From: an uncultured Oscillospiraceae bacterium
Lineage (GTDB): Bacteria > Bacillota > Clostridia > Oscillospirales > CAG-382
Direction: 5' to 3'
Length of the DNA stretch: 36,031 nt
NCBI GenBank assembly: GCA_964544455.1
Contig: CAZJCI010000001.1
Location: forward strand, 1 to 36,031
Each line of letters begins with the position of its first letter. Within the stretch, counting starts at the first letter, position 1. The translations under genes and the position numbers were made by a program. Positions 15,546-24,700 of the stretch are shown here, piece after piece. Below the pieces are notes generated by a model. That model was not told where the DNA came from and did not search any database. It worked only from the letters and a program-made list of their open reading frames with translations.

Positions 15546-16001
15546 ATGGGATTTTTGGCGGATTTTAAAAAATTTATTAATCGAGGAAACGTAATAGATA
15601 TGGCGGTCGGCGTCGTTGTCGGCGGCGCGTTCAGCAAAATCGTGTCTTCTCTTGTTTCCGATATAATAACTCCGTGTATCTCCGCAATCACGGGCGGCGG
15701 AAAAGTAACCGGAGAATTTGTTTTGCGAAAAGCGGTTATCGGCAACGGAACGGCGGAAGTGCCGGAAATACCGTCGGTGGTTCTAAACTACGGTAATTTT
15801 ATTCAAACAATAATCGACTTTCTGCTTATAGCGTTTTGCATCTTTGTCGTAATAAAAATCATTTCGTCAATGCGAGAAAAAGCCGAAAAACTCACCAAAA
15901 AAGAAAAACCCGAAGAAACTCCGGTAGCTCCTCCGCCGCCAAGCAAAGAAGAAATTCTGCTCGGCGAAATAAGAGATTTGCTCAAAGAAAAAAACAAATA
16001 A
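15546..16001 (+). CDS. mscL: large-conductance mechanosensitive channel MscL
   Basis: The ATG at 15546 is preceded by AAGGAGA; the track's 15510 start is a TTG inside the spacer. The MscL signature FKKFINRGNVIDMAVGVVVGGAF is present, with a second TM segment and a charged C-terminal tail. Confidence 0.9.
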   Translation: MGFLADFKKFINRGNVIDMAVGVVVGGAFSKIVSSLVSDIITPCISAITGGGKVTGEFVLRKAVIGNGTAEVPEIPSVVLNYGNFIQTIIDFLLIAFCIFVVIKIISSMREKAEKLTKKEKPEETPVAPPPPSKEEILLGEIRDLLKEKNK

Positions 16002-16008
16002 AATATCA

Positions 16009-16043
16009 AAAAACGGTACGGCTCCCATAACCGTACCGTTTTT
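16009..16043. terminator. bidirectional intrinsic terminator between mscL and the glycyl radical enzyme gene
   Basis: AAAAACGGTACGG, a 9-nt loop, then CCGTACCGTTTTT. The stem is 13 bp and is flanked by an A-run and a T-run, so it gives a U-tract on both strands. It sits between convergent stop codons at 16001 and 16051. Confidence 0.75.
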
Positions 16044-16050
16044 CGATTCT

Positions 16051-18105
16051 TCAAATTTCTTCATACTCAAGCCGTTCAATAAACTCTTTTTTTGTTTTTT
16101 GGGGCAATTTCTTAAAATAGTCGCTGTATCCGCCGATTCTTACAATCAAGTTTGGGTAACTTTCCGGGTTTTCCGTTGCACTTTTCAAAAGTTTGGAAGA
16201 AAGCGAATTAACTTGGAATTGCAATCCTCCTCGTTCCAAATAAATGTTTATAAGCGTTTTAATTTCGGCTTTGTGATTGCGAACGGCGTCAATACCGAAA
16301 TTAACGTCTATCGGTTGTCCCCCGAAAAATTTGTGTTGCGGCAACTTAGAAGCCGATAATATCATCGAAGTCGGATTCGATTTTCTCGCTTCGTTGGAAG
16401 CCCCCGCATTCTTTGCAAAAGGTTTTCCCGCATATCGTCCGTCATAGCCCGCCCCATGCGCCGCACCGTATGCAACGTTGGCGTCGATTGTGTGCAGCGA
16501 CGGACAATAATATATATTCCCATGGCTGAATTTTCTTATTAATTTCGAAAGAATTTCGGCTACCCTAACGGCATAAACGTCAGCTGCGGAATTTTCCCCG
16601 AACTTCGAACACTTCATAATGTCGTTTCGAATATTTTCGAAATTCACAAAATTATTTTTCACAGCTTCGTTAATTTCGCTAATAGAATAAAGCTTCTTCT
16701 TAAACACAAGCTCGTCAACGGCGCAAATTCCGTCGGAAGCGTTTATCATTCCCATACATTCAAACGTCACATTGTGATATTTTGCCCCCGATATTCTGTC
16801 GCAACGCTTTTCAATGCATCCCGGAGTCAGCAACGAAACAAACGGGTTGGGTTGCGTCCTTTTGCTGAGTTCGGCTCGTTCTTCATACGATTTCACACAT
16901 ATCTCAAGCATATATTCTGCGCATTTTTCAAAATTTTCAAACAATCCCTCAATGCTTCGCGGCTCGTCAATGCTTGGCACAATTATGTTATCCGATTTTA
17001 AAATTTTACCGCAATTCACAGCGGCTTCAAGAATGTTCGAAACCGAAAGCACACATCCCCACATACTGTTAAATTCGTTTCCTGGGATTCCAATACCCAT
17101 ACACGAATTGTTTGAGAATTTTTCAATGTCGCCTTGCGGTACGCCTTTTTCCATCAAAGCGTTAATACAGGATTTTTCTCCGTAAAAAGTCGGCTGTCCC
17201 GAAGAAAATAATTTTTCGTCAATAAGTAAATCCCATATTTTTCCCGACGTGTTTTCGTCAACCCTCGCACCCAAAATAGGCGCAGGCATTTCAAATTCCT
17301 TTTGACATTCAATAATCAGCTCGGATAATTCGTTATATTTCGGTCCAACGTTCAAAAGACAAGCACCGTCGCAATAACTGTTCAATAGTTTATAAAAGTT
17401 GCGCAAAATGCTTTTGGCTTTATCCTCGGTCATTCCGTTTAAAACCGACGCCTTATAATAAGGATACATATATTCGTCAAATTTTCCCAAAGAAATACTG
17501 TACCACGCATTTTCCGATAAAGGAATCAAAAAATGCAATATCCAAACCGCTTGAACAGCTTCGCAAAAGCTTTCGGCCGGATAATACGGAACTTTGTCAA
17601 TCATTTGTTTCAACGAAATAAGTTGCGATTTTTGCGATTCGTCGCAACTGAAAAGCCGCTTTTCCGTTATAACCGAAATTCGTTTCATCAAGTTCAAAAC
17701 CGAATCAACGGAACGCTTCATTGCCGCAAGATATTCGTCTTGCGGATATTTTTTTAATTCCCCGTCAATTTGCTTTTCATAAAAAACAAGTCCGTTTTTC
17801 AATACGCTTTCATAGTCAATCACAATGTGCGCTCTGTCAACGTTCGTTCGACAGCCAAACAAATCCGGAGCGTCCGTAATTCTTTTCGAACTCTCGCTTT
17901 GCATTTCGTCCGCAAACAAAGCGTTTTCACTGTTGTTGTCAAAATATAACCACCCGATAATTTCATCGTCTTTTTCAATTTTAAGCTTTAAAGCTTCGGT
18001 TTCAAGCCTGAATTTTTCGGCAGACCTGATAATCGGCGAAAGGCTTTTCAAATCGTCATAAAAATTTTTTCTGATATATCTTTCAATAGCGTAATCACAA
18101 AGCAT
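16051..18105 (-). CDS. compact PFL-like glycyl radical enzyme (684 aa from ATG 18105; 703 aa if the TTG at 18162 is used)
   Basis: The C-terminus PESYPNLIVRIGGYSDYF (RIGGYSDYF at nt 16114-16140) corresponds to the RVxGYSA-F glycine-radical motif. The Cys-loop candidate is FSNNSCMGIGIPGNE (Cys codon at 17103-17101). Other PFL2-family-like segments are FxEAVQAVW and YPYY. The ATG at 18105 has AAGGA 11 nt upstream and overlaps the iclR stop by 11 nt. Confidence 0.8.
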   Translation of the reverse strand: MLCDYAIERYIRKNFYDDLKSLSPIIRSAEKFRLETEALKLKIEKDDEIIGWLYFDNNSENALFADEMQSESSKRITDAPDLFGCRTNVDRAHIVIDYESVLKNGLVFYEKQIDGELKKYPQDEYLAAMKRSVDSVLNLMKRISVITEKRLFSCDESQKSQLISLKQMIDKVPYYPAESFCEAVQAVWILHFLIPLSENAWYSISLGKFDEYMYPYYKASVLNGMTEDKAKSILRNFYKLLNSYCDGACLLNVGPKYNELSELIIECQKEFEMPAPILGARVDENTSGKIWDLLIDEKLFSSGQPTFYGEKSCINALMEKGVPQGDIEKFSNNSCMGIGIPGNEFNSMWGCVLSVSNILEAAVNCGKILKSDNIIVPSIDEPRSIEGLFENFEKCAEYMLEICVKSYEERAELSKRTQPNPFVSLLTPGCIEKRCDRISGAKYHNVTFECMGMINASDGICAVDELVFKKKLYSISEINEAVKNNFVNFENIRNDIMKCSKFGENSAADVYAVRVAEILSKLIRKFSHGNIYYCPSLHTIDANVAYGAAHGAGYDGRYAGKPFAKNAGASNEARKSNPTSMILSASKLPQHKFFGGQPIDVNFGIDAVRNHKAEIKTLINIYLERGGLQFQVNSLSSKLLKSATENPESYPNLIVRIGGYSDYFKKLPQKTKKEFIERLEYEEI

Positions 18106-18811
18106 AACCCAAACCGTCCTTATATCCCAAATTTTTCGAAATTTTTTTTGCCGCTCTTTCAAGTAACGGCAACTTATCCGTTATCAGCGAATCAATGTCG
18201 TCGTAAATGGTAAGCGATGAAATTCCAACGGAAGCAATAACCGCCCCATCGGAATCATAAACGGGAACGGCAATGCATATAATCCCCTTTGCAAATTCTT
18301 CGTTGTCAATCGCATATCCCGCTTCTTTGATTTTTTCCGCTTCGCCGGAAAAATCGTCCGGATAATCTCCGTAAGAAAGCAAAACTTTGCCGGGTGCGGA
18401 AGAACAAAGCGGATATTCGCCTCCGATTTTGCCGTTAATGCGCACTTCTTTCAGGGAATCAAAATGAAGCAAATAAAGCGCGTTGCCGTTGTTTCGCACA
18501 CCAAGATATACCGAGTCGCCCAAAAGCCGATTTAAATTACGCAATTCGTTTTTCGCAATTTCGGCAAGATAATATTCCGGCGTGCATTTCGAAACAATCG
18601 AAAACGGTTTCATTGTAAATCTGTATTTTTTTTGAATATCGTCGCTTAAATAAATCCAATTATATTCAAGCAAAGCTTCAAGAACTCTCGAAGCGGCGTT
18701 TTTGTTAATTTCAAGCGAATTGCATATATCGGCAAGACCAATATCTTTGCGGTTCTCCGAAAAAAACTCAATAATTCTCAAAGCATAGTCAACCGCAGGA
18801 GCTTTCGACAT
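18095..18811 (-). CDS. IclR family transcriptional regulator
   Basis: 238 aa. The N-terminal winged HTH (VDYALRIIEFFSEN...IGLADICNSLEINKNAASRVLEALLE) and C-terminal effector domain layout are typical of IclR. GAGG RBS. Confidence 0.85.
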   Translation of the reverse strand: MSKAPAVDYALRIIEFFSENRKDIGLADICNSLEINKNAASRVLEALLEYNWIYLSDDIQKKYRFTMKPFSIVSKCTPEYYLAEIAKNELRNLNRLLGDSVYLGVRNNGNALYLLHFDSLKEVRINGKIGGEYPLCSSAPGKVLLSYGDYPDDFSGEAEKIKEAGYAIDNEEFAKGIICIAVPVYDSDGAVIASVGISSLTIYDDIDSLITDKLPLLERAAKKISKNLGYKDGLGYAL

Positions 18812-18836
18812 AACATTACCTCGTTTTCGTTTTGAA

Positions 18837-18869
18837 TTATAAATATATTATATCATAATATATTTATAA
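18837..18869. promoter_or_regulatory. perfect 13-bp inverted repeat TTATAAATATATT-N7-AATATATTTATAA, candidate IclR operator
   Basis: Arms at 18837-18849 and 18857-18869 are exact reverse complements. The repeat starts 26 nt upstream of the iclR ATG and overlaps the predicted iclR promoter. Confidence 0.45.
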
Positions 18870-18875
18870 TAGCAA
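18847..18875 (-). promoter_or_regulatory. sigma-A type promoter for iclR and the glycyl radical enzyme gene
   Basis: On the minus strand: TTGCTA (18875-18870), a 17-nt spacer, then TATAAT (18852-18847). The whole spacer and the -10 lie inside the inverted repeat. Confidence 0.45.
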
Positions 18876-19024
18876 CCGCTTTTTACTGTTGTTAAACGTT
18901 TGTTTACAAATAACTTTTTAGCTTGTTACTCATAAAGCGATTGTGAGTTTTGTATATAATACTAAAAAGAAACAGCGGCGTTTTTGCCGAAAACGCTAAA
19001 AATAAATTTATTTGAAAAAAACAC

Positions 19025-19052
19025 TTGCATTTTACGGAAAATATGGTATAAT
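19025..19052 (+). promoter_or_regulatory. sigma-A type promoter of the rimP-nusA-infB operon
   Basis: TTGCAT (19025-19030), a 16-nt spacer, then TGgTATAAT (-10 at 19047-19052). Confidence 0.65.
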
Positions 19053-19074
19053 ATATATATAATAAGTTTTTAAT

Positions 19075-19112
19075 GAAAGGAAGCGGCAAAACAAGTCGTT
19101 TCCTTTTTCTTA
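19075..19112 (+). promoter_or_regulatory. leader hairpin plus U-tract (candidate attenuator / anti-SD element) upstream of rimP
   Basis: GAAAGGAAGCGGC (19075-19087) pairs with GTCGTTTCCTTTT (19095-19107): 13 bp including 3 G-U pairs, with a 7-nt loop. It is followed by TCTTAT. The 3' arm CCTTTT could alternatively pair with the real rimP SD GAAAGG at 19134-19139. Confidence 0.4.
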
Positions 19113-19145
19113 TAGTTAAGACGTAACAAGTCGGAAAGGGTTTTT

Positions 19146-19634
19146 ATGGCAAAAGAAAATACAGCCAAAAAGGCAAAAAATATTGCCGAAAAAGTTGCGT
19201 CGCTCGTGCGCGACGCCGTGGAAGAGTGCGGTTGCACACTTTGGGACGTGGAACTGATAAAGGAGGGCTCCGAACTTTCATTGGTAATAAGCATAGATAA
19301 AAACGGCGGAGTAAGCCTGGAAGATTGCGAAATGGTAAACGATGCGGTCAACCCCATACTCGACGAAGCCGATCCCATCGACGAAGCATATTTTCTCGAA
19401 ATATCCTCGGCGGGACTCGAAAGAGAACTTTCAAAACCGGAACACCTTAAAGCATATATCGGAAGCCCCGTTTCCGTAAAGCTCTATGCGCCCGAAAACG
19501 GCAGAAAGGTTTTCAAAGGCAAACTGTCTTCTTTCAATGAAGAAAACAAAACCGTGTCAGTTGCGGAAAACGAAACCGAAACCGTTTTCGAACTTTCAAA
19601 AATCGCGTCAATAAAGAATATCGCAGAATATTAA
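19146..19634 (+). CDS. rimP: ribosome maturation factor RimP
   Basis: 162 aa. It has the RimP-typical segment EAYFLEISSAGLEREL and sits directly upstream of nusA, the conserved position. Confidence 0.9.
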   Translation: MAKENTAKKAKNIAEKVASLVRDAVEECGCTLWDVELIKEGSELSLVISIDKNGGVSLEDCEMVNDAVNPILDEADPIDEAYFLEISSAGLERELSKPEHLKAYIGSPVSVKLYAPENGRKVFKGKLSSFNEENKTVSVAENETETVFELSKIASIKNIAEY

Positions 19635-19659
19635 TTAATAATTTCGGAGGAGAACAACA

Positions 19660-21060
19660 ATGAATAAAGAATTTTTCAAAGCGTTGGAATTGCTTGAACG
19701 TCAAAAAGGGATTCCCAAAGAATATATGAAAGAAAAGGTGGAAGCCGCTCTTCAGGCGGCGTTCCGAAAAGAAATAGGAACGTCCAACGTAAACGTCGTT
19801 CTGGACGAAGCCAAAATGGAAGTCAAAGTATATCAACAACTTTCGGTAATAGATATACGGGAAGAAGAAAAAAAAGCCCTCGAAGAATACGAAAAACGTA
19901 TGGCGGAAAAAGCGGCAAGGGAAGCTGAACTTGCGGCTCAAACGCCCGCCGAATCCGAACCGGAAAATAACGAAGAACCCGAAGACGAAGACGACGGATT
20001 CGTTTTCAACAAAGCCCTTTCCAAAAAGCCCGAGGAAAAAAAGGAAAGATACGGATTCAAATTCAATCCCAACCTCCACATAACGCTTGAAGAAGCTCAA
20101 AAAAAGAGCAAACGCTATAAAGTCGGCGATATCTACGAAATAGAACTCAAACCCAAAAATTTCGGAAGAATTTCGGCTCACGCGGCAAAACAAGTCATAG
20201 TTCAGGCAATAAAAGAAGCGGAACGTGGAATGATGATTCGAGAATACGAAAGCAAAAAAGAAGAAATCGTCACCGCCGTGGTTTCCCGAATCAATCCGCA
20301 AACCGGCGACGCAACTCTCGAAATAGGCAAAAACAACGTCGTTCTGTTTAAAAAAGAACAAATTCCCGACGAAGAACTTCACGAAGGAGACGTCATCAAA
20401 GTGTACGTCCTCGAAGTAAAAAAGGAATCCGAAGGCAGAGGTCCCGCCGTTGTTCTTTCAAGAACGCATTCCGGATTTGTAAAAAGACTTTTCGAACTCG
20501 AAGTCCCCGAAATTCAAGACGGCACCGTCATAATTAATTCCGTGGCAAGAGAAGCCGGTTCCCGAACAAAAATCGCCGTCTATTCAAGAGATGAAAACGT
20601 CGACGCAATAGGTTCGTGCATAGGTTCAAAGGGAATACGTAAAAACAACATAACAAAAGAACTCGCGGGCGAAAAAATAGATATAGTCAAATACAGCGAA
20701 GACGCCGAAGAATTTATAAAAGCGTCGCTTGCCCCGGCTCAGGTAGTTTCCGTACAGCTTGCCGCCGACGGCTCAAAATCCTGCACGGTACTTGTGGACG
20801 ACGATCAACTTTCGCTTGCCATCGGCAAAAAAGGTCAAAACGCAAGACTCGTCGCAAAACTCACAGGATATAAAATAGATATAAAGAGTTCCTCGGACGC
20901 GCGCAAGGCGGCGTTGGAAGACCTCGCCGCGGGAAGAACGGAAGCGTCAACGTCGTTCGGAGCCGCTTTCGCGCAAGCGCTCGCAACAAAATTTGCGGAC
21001 GAGTCCGAAGCAAAACAACCGCAAGAAGAAGAAAAAGACGGTAATAATATTGCAGACTGA
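19660..21060 (+). CDS. nusA: transcription termination/antitermination factor NusA, with a charged insertion of about 74 aa and an acidic C-terminal tail
   Basis: GGAGGAG RBS. Colinear with B. subtilis NusA through the NTD, S1 (GDIYEIELKPKNFGRISAHAAKQVI), KH1 (VAREAGSRTKIAV..VDAIGSCIGSKG) and KH2 (LSLAIGKKGQNARLVAKLTGYKIDIKS). Confidence 0.95.
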   Translation: MNKEFFKALELLERQKGIPKEYMKEKVEAALQAAFRKEIGTSNVNVVLDEAKMEVKVYQQLSVIDIREEEKKALEEYEKRMAEKAAREAELAAQTPAESEPENNEEPEDEDDGFVFNKALSKKPEEKKERYGFKFNPNLHITLEEAQKKSKRYKVGDIYEIELKPKNFGRISAHAAKQVIVQAIKEAERGMMIREYESKKEEIVTAVVSRINPQTGDATLEIGKNNVVLFKKEQIPDEELHEGDVIKVYVLEVKKESEGRGPAVVLSRTHSGFVKRLFELEVPEIQDGTVIINSVAREAGSRTKIAVYSRDENVDAIGSCIGSKGIRKNNITKELAGEKIDIVKYSEDAEEFIKASLAPAQVVSVQLAADGSKSCTVLVDDDQLSLAIGKKGQNARLVAKLTGYKIDIKSSSDARKAALEDLAAGRTEASTSFGAAFAQALATKFADESEAKQPQEEEKDGNNIAD

Positions 21061-21129
21061 CTGCAAACTTAAATAAACGGTAAACCAATGTGTAAAAAAA
21101 CGGAATAAATTCCGTAAATCGGAGGTCAA

Positions 21130-21396
21130 ATGGTAAAAAAAATACCCGAGAGAAAATGTACCGGATGCGGTGAAAGATTCCCCAAAAAGGAACTTTTAAG
21201 AGTTGTAAGATCGCCGGAGGGCGAAATATCGGTGGATACAACGGGCAAAAAAAACGGCAGAGGCGTTTATATTTGCAAAAATGCGGAATGCTTTAAAAAA
21301 GTTCGCAAAGGCGATAAGCTTTCAAAAAATCTCGAAATAAAGGTTTCGGACGAAATATATTCTCAAATCCAAGAAATGCTCGAAAACGGTGAATGA
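21130..21396 (+). CDS. ylxR: YlxR/RnpM family (DUF448) RNA-binding protein
   Basis: 88 aa. It has ERKCTGCGERFPKKELLRVV...GKKNGRGVYIC, typical of YlxR. GGAGG RBS. It occupies the conserved slot between nusA and infB. Confidence 0.85.
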   Translation: MVKKIPERKCTGCGERFPKKELLRVVRSPEGEISVDTTGKKNGRGVYICKNAECFKKVRKGDKLSKNLEIKVSDEIYSQIQEMLENGE

Positions 21397-21767
21397 TAAT
21401 GTACGAAAATCTTGCAAATAATATTGACATCGCGCCGATACAGGAAAAAATATTCGGAGCTATGGGACTTGCAAAACGCGCGGGAAAACTTACAACCGGC
21501 GCGGAAATGTGCGAAGAAACAATACGTGCGGGGAAATCCCAAATTGCGTTTTTATGTTCGAATATGTCGGAGAATTCTCAAAAAAAAATCCACGCCGCTC
21601 TCAAAAACGCGGATTCACCGTACATAGTTCTTAACGCTACCAAAGAAGAACTTGCAAAAAAATTCGGAAAAAAAGCATACGTAACGGTGTGCGCCCTAAC
21701 CGATAAAAGTTTTGCAAATATTGTATATAAGGCTCTCGGTATCGCCGAAGACCGACTTTTACACTAA
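21393..21767 (+). CDS. ylxQ: L7Ae/L30e-family RNA-binding protein (YlxQ-like)
   Basis: ATGA start/stop overlap with ylxR; an alternative ATG lies at 21399. GLAKRAGKLTTG and the size fit YlxQ, as does the conserved position before infB. Confidence 0.75.
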   Translation: MIMYENLANNIDIAPIQEKIFGAMGLAKRAGKLTTGAEMCEETIRAGKSQIAFLCSNMSENSQKKIHAALKNADSPYIVLNATKEELAKKFGKKAYVTVCALTDKSFANIVYKALGIAEDRLLH

Positions 21768-21791
21768 AGTAAAACGAAAGGTGTGTAGTTT

Positions 21792-24700
21792 ATGGCAACA
21801 AATTCAAATAAAACAATTAAAATCAGTCAGCTTGCAAAGGATTTTAAGCTGAAAAACAAAGAACTTTTGGAAATCATCGAAGAAAACGGAATTTCCGGCA
21901 AAACCTCAAGTATGGGACTCGACGAAACCGAGTTCAGCGTTGTGTTCAACGCAATTTCCAAAAAGAGCGTAGCAACGGAAGCGGAGTTCTTTTCATACGA
22001 CGTAGAAGCTGCGGCAAAAGCGGCAGCTCAAAAAGCCGCCGAGGAAAAAGCCGAAAAAGCGGCAAAAAAAGCCGAAAAGGCGGAATCCAAAACCGAATCC
22101 AAACCCGAAGCAAAAGCCGCACCCAAGACGGATGCAAAGTCCGAACCCAAAACAGAGCATAATGAAACCGAATTTTCGCAAAACAAGGTTTCTCAACCCG
22201 AAATTTCAAAAACCGAAGCATCACAAAACGAAAACGTTTCAAAAGCCGATGTCGCAACTCAAAAATCAACCGTCGAGCCCAAAAACGAACCCAAGGAAGA
22301 ACTTTCGGCAAAACCCGAAACCGTAACCGAACCAAAAACCGAAAGCAAATCCGAGCCCAAGCCCGAATTTAAAGCCGACTCCAAAACCGCCCAAAAATTC
22401 GAAAAAGAACCCTCAAAAAATGCTCAAGTCGGAGATAAAAAAACTTTCGAAAGAAAACCAAATACTGCCGAAAAGAATTTTCACAAAGAGGCCGCGCCAC
22501 CCGAACGTCGTCCCTACGGCGAAAAGAAGCCAAACGGAGAACGAACGCTGTCGGAACGCACTCCTTTCGGCGAAAGGAAGCCCTACGGCGACCGAAAACC
22601 CTACGGTGAGAGAACACAAAACGACCGTCCGTCCTATGGCGACCGAAAGCCCTACGGCGAAAAGAATCAAAACGGCGGTTTCGGAAACGGCGAAGTTTTT
22701 GGCGGCGGATTCAAAAAGCAACAAAACAAAGGCGAAAAAAGAGGTTTCGGCACAGGCGTTTCAAAGGAAGACGAAGACGGAAATCAGTCTGTTCGTCAGC
22801 CCAGCATAAAACCTGTGTTCGATAAAGACGGACGCGCGCAAAGCCGCTATAAAAGCGAAAACGTGGAAAAGAAATCGTTCGATGCCGAAGCCAAGGACGG
22901 AAACGTAAGACTTGTGGACCTCCGAGCCGGAGAAGTCGATCTTTCCAAATATGATGAAAAGTTCGAAAATCTTGCCGGAAGCTATGGCGATGACGATAAT
23001 GCCCCCAAGAAAAAAGCAACTACTTCTTCAACTTCAAAAGGCTCGCCGAAAAACGGCGGTAAAAACGGTAAAAACGAATACGTTAAAAACGAACTTCCCA
23101 ATTACGGCAGAGGGAAAAAGGATAAAAATGCCAAAAAGGGAAGAGGAATCGCTCAGTCGGAGCCGGTTAAAAAGTTCACCGGACCGGTAACCATTCCTGA
23201 TGAAATTATGATTTCGGACCTTGCCGCAACTTTAAAAATCACAACCGGCGAAGTAATTAAAAAGTTGCTTATGATGGGGCTTGATATGGCAAGCGTAGGC
23301 GCAAATAAGGTTATTGATTTCGATACGGCATATCTTGTTGCGGACGAAATGGGAATTACTGCGGAGCGAGAAGTGGTGGTAACTCTTGAAGAAAAGCTTT
23401 TTGCGGACGAAGAAGATAAAGCCGAACAATTGGTTCAAAGAAGTCCCGTGGTTTGCGTAATGGGGCATGTTGACCACGGAAAAACATCGTTGCTTGACGC
23501 TATTCGAAACACAAACGTTACAGTAGGCGAAGCCGGCGGTATTACCCAGCATATCGGCGCATACAGAGTAAAAATAAACGATAGGGAAATCACATTCTTG
23601 GATACTCCCGGTCACGAGGCTTTTACCGCAATGAGAGCTCGCGGCGCACAGGCAACTGATATTGCCATTCTTGTTGTTGCCGCCGATGACGGTATTATGC
23701 CGCAAACGGTTGAAGCCATTAACCATGCAAAAGCCGCCGGCATACAAGTTATTGTTGCAATTAACAAAATGGATAAACTTGGCGCAAATCCCGACAGAGT
23801 GAAGCAGGAACTTGTTAATTACGATCTTCTTCCCGAAGATTGGGGCGGAGATACAATATGCGTTCCCGTGTCTGCGCTTAAACACGAGGGAATCGAAGAA
23901 CTTCTCGAAATGGTTCTGCTTGTTGCCGATATGAAAGATTTAAAGGCAAATCCCAACAGAGCCGCAAAAGGTATTGTCATAGAAGCAAAGTTGGATAAGG
24001 GAAGAGGCTCCGTTGCAACGGTTCTTGTGCAAAACGGTACCTTAAAAACCGGCGATATTGTAATTGCCGGAACGGCAACCGGGCGTGTAAGAGCTATGAC
24101 GAATGACAGAGGAGAAAATGTAAAAACCGCAGGGCCGTCAGTTCCGGTGGAAATTATCGGTCTTTCGGAAGTCCCGGATGCCGGCGACGAATTCAGAGCC
24201 GTTGCGGATGAAAAAATGGCAAGAGAACTTGTTGCCAAAAGGAAAAACGAAGCCAAGGAAGCGGAATTCAAAGCAAATTCCAAGGTATCTTTGGAAGATC
24301 TTTTCAGTCAGATTAACGAAGGTGCCAAGGAACTTACCATTATTGTTAAAGCGGATGTTCAAGGTTCGGCGGAAGCGGTTAAATCCAGCCTTGAAAAGCT
24401 TTCAAACGAAGAAGTTAAGGTACGTGTAATTCATTCTGCGGTGGGCGGAATCAACGAAAGCGACGTTATGCTTGCGGACGCCTCAAACGCAATTATTGTC
24501 GGTTTTAACGTTCGTCCCGACAAAGGCGCAACCGAACATGCCGAAAGAAGCGGTGTTGATATAAGAACCTACCGAGTTATTTACGATATTATCGAAGAAG
24601 TTAAAGCCGCGCTTTGCGGTATGCTTGCTCCGGAATTTAAAGAATCCGTGCTTGGTCACGCCGAAGTCCGTCAAACAATTCATGTGCCCGGCGTTGGAAC

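Noticed and set aside
18106-18162. Longer N-terminus for the glycyl radical enzyme, starting at 18162
   Set aside because: That start is a TTG without an RBS and would overlap iclR by 68 nt. The ATG at 18105 has AAGGA upstream and gives a tidy 11-nt overlap. The 19 extra residues are basic and uninformative.
21946-23019. Cluster of 60-130-aa ORFs in alternative frames and on the minus strand within the 5' third of infB
   Set aside because: They are produced by the repetitive Lys/Glu/Pro/Gly-coding DNA of the IF2 N-terminal extension. They have no start signals, and their translations are repeats of R/F/L/P.
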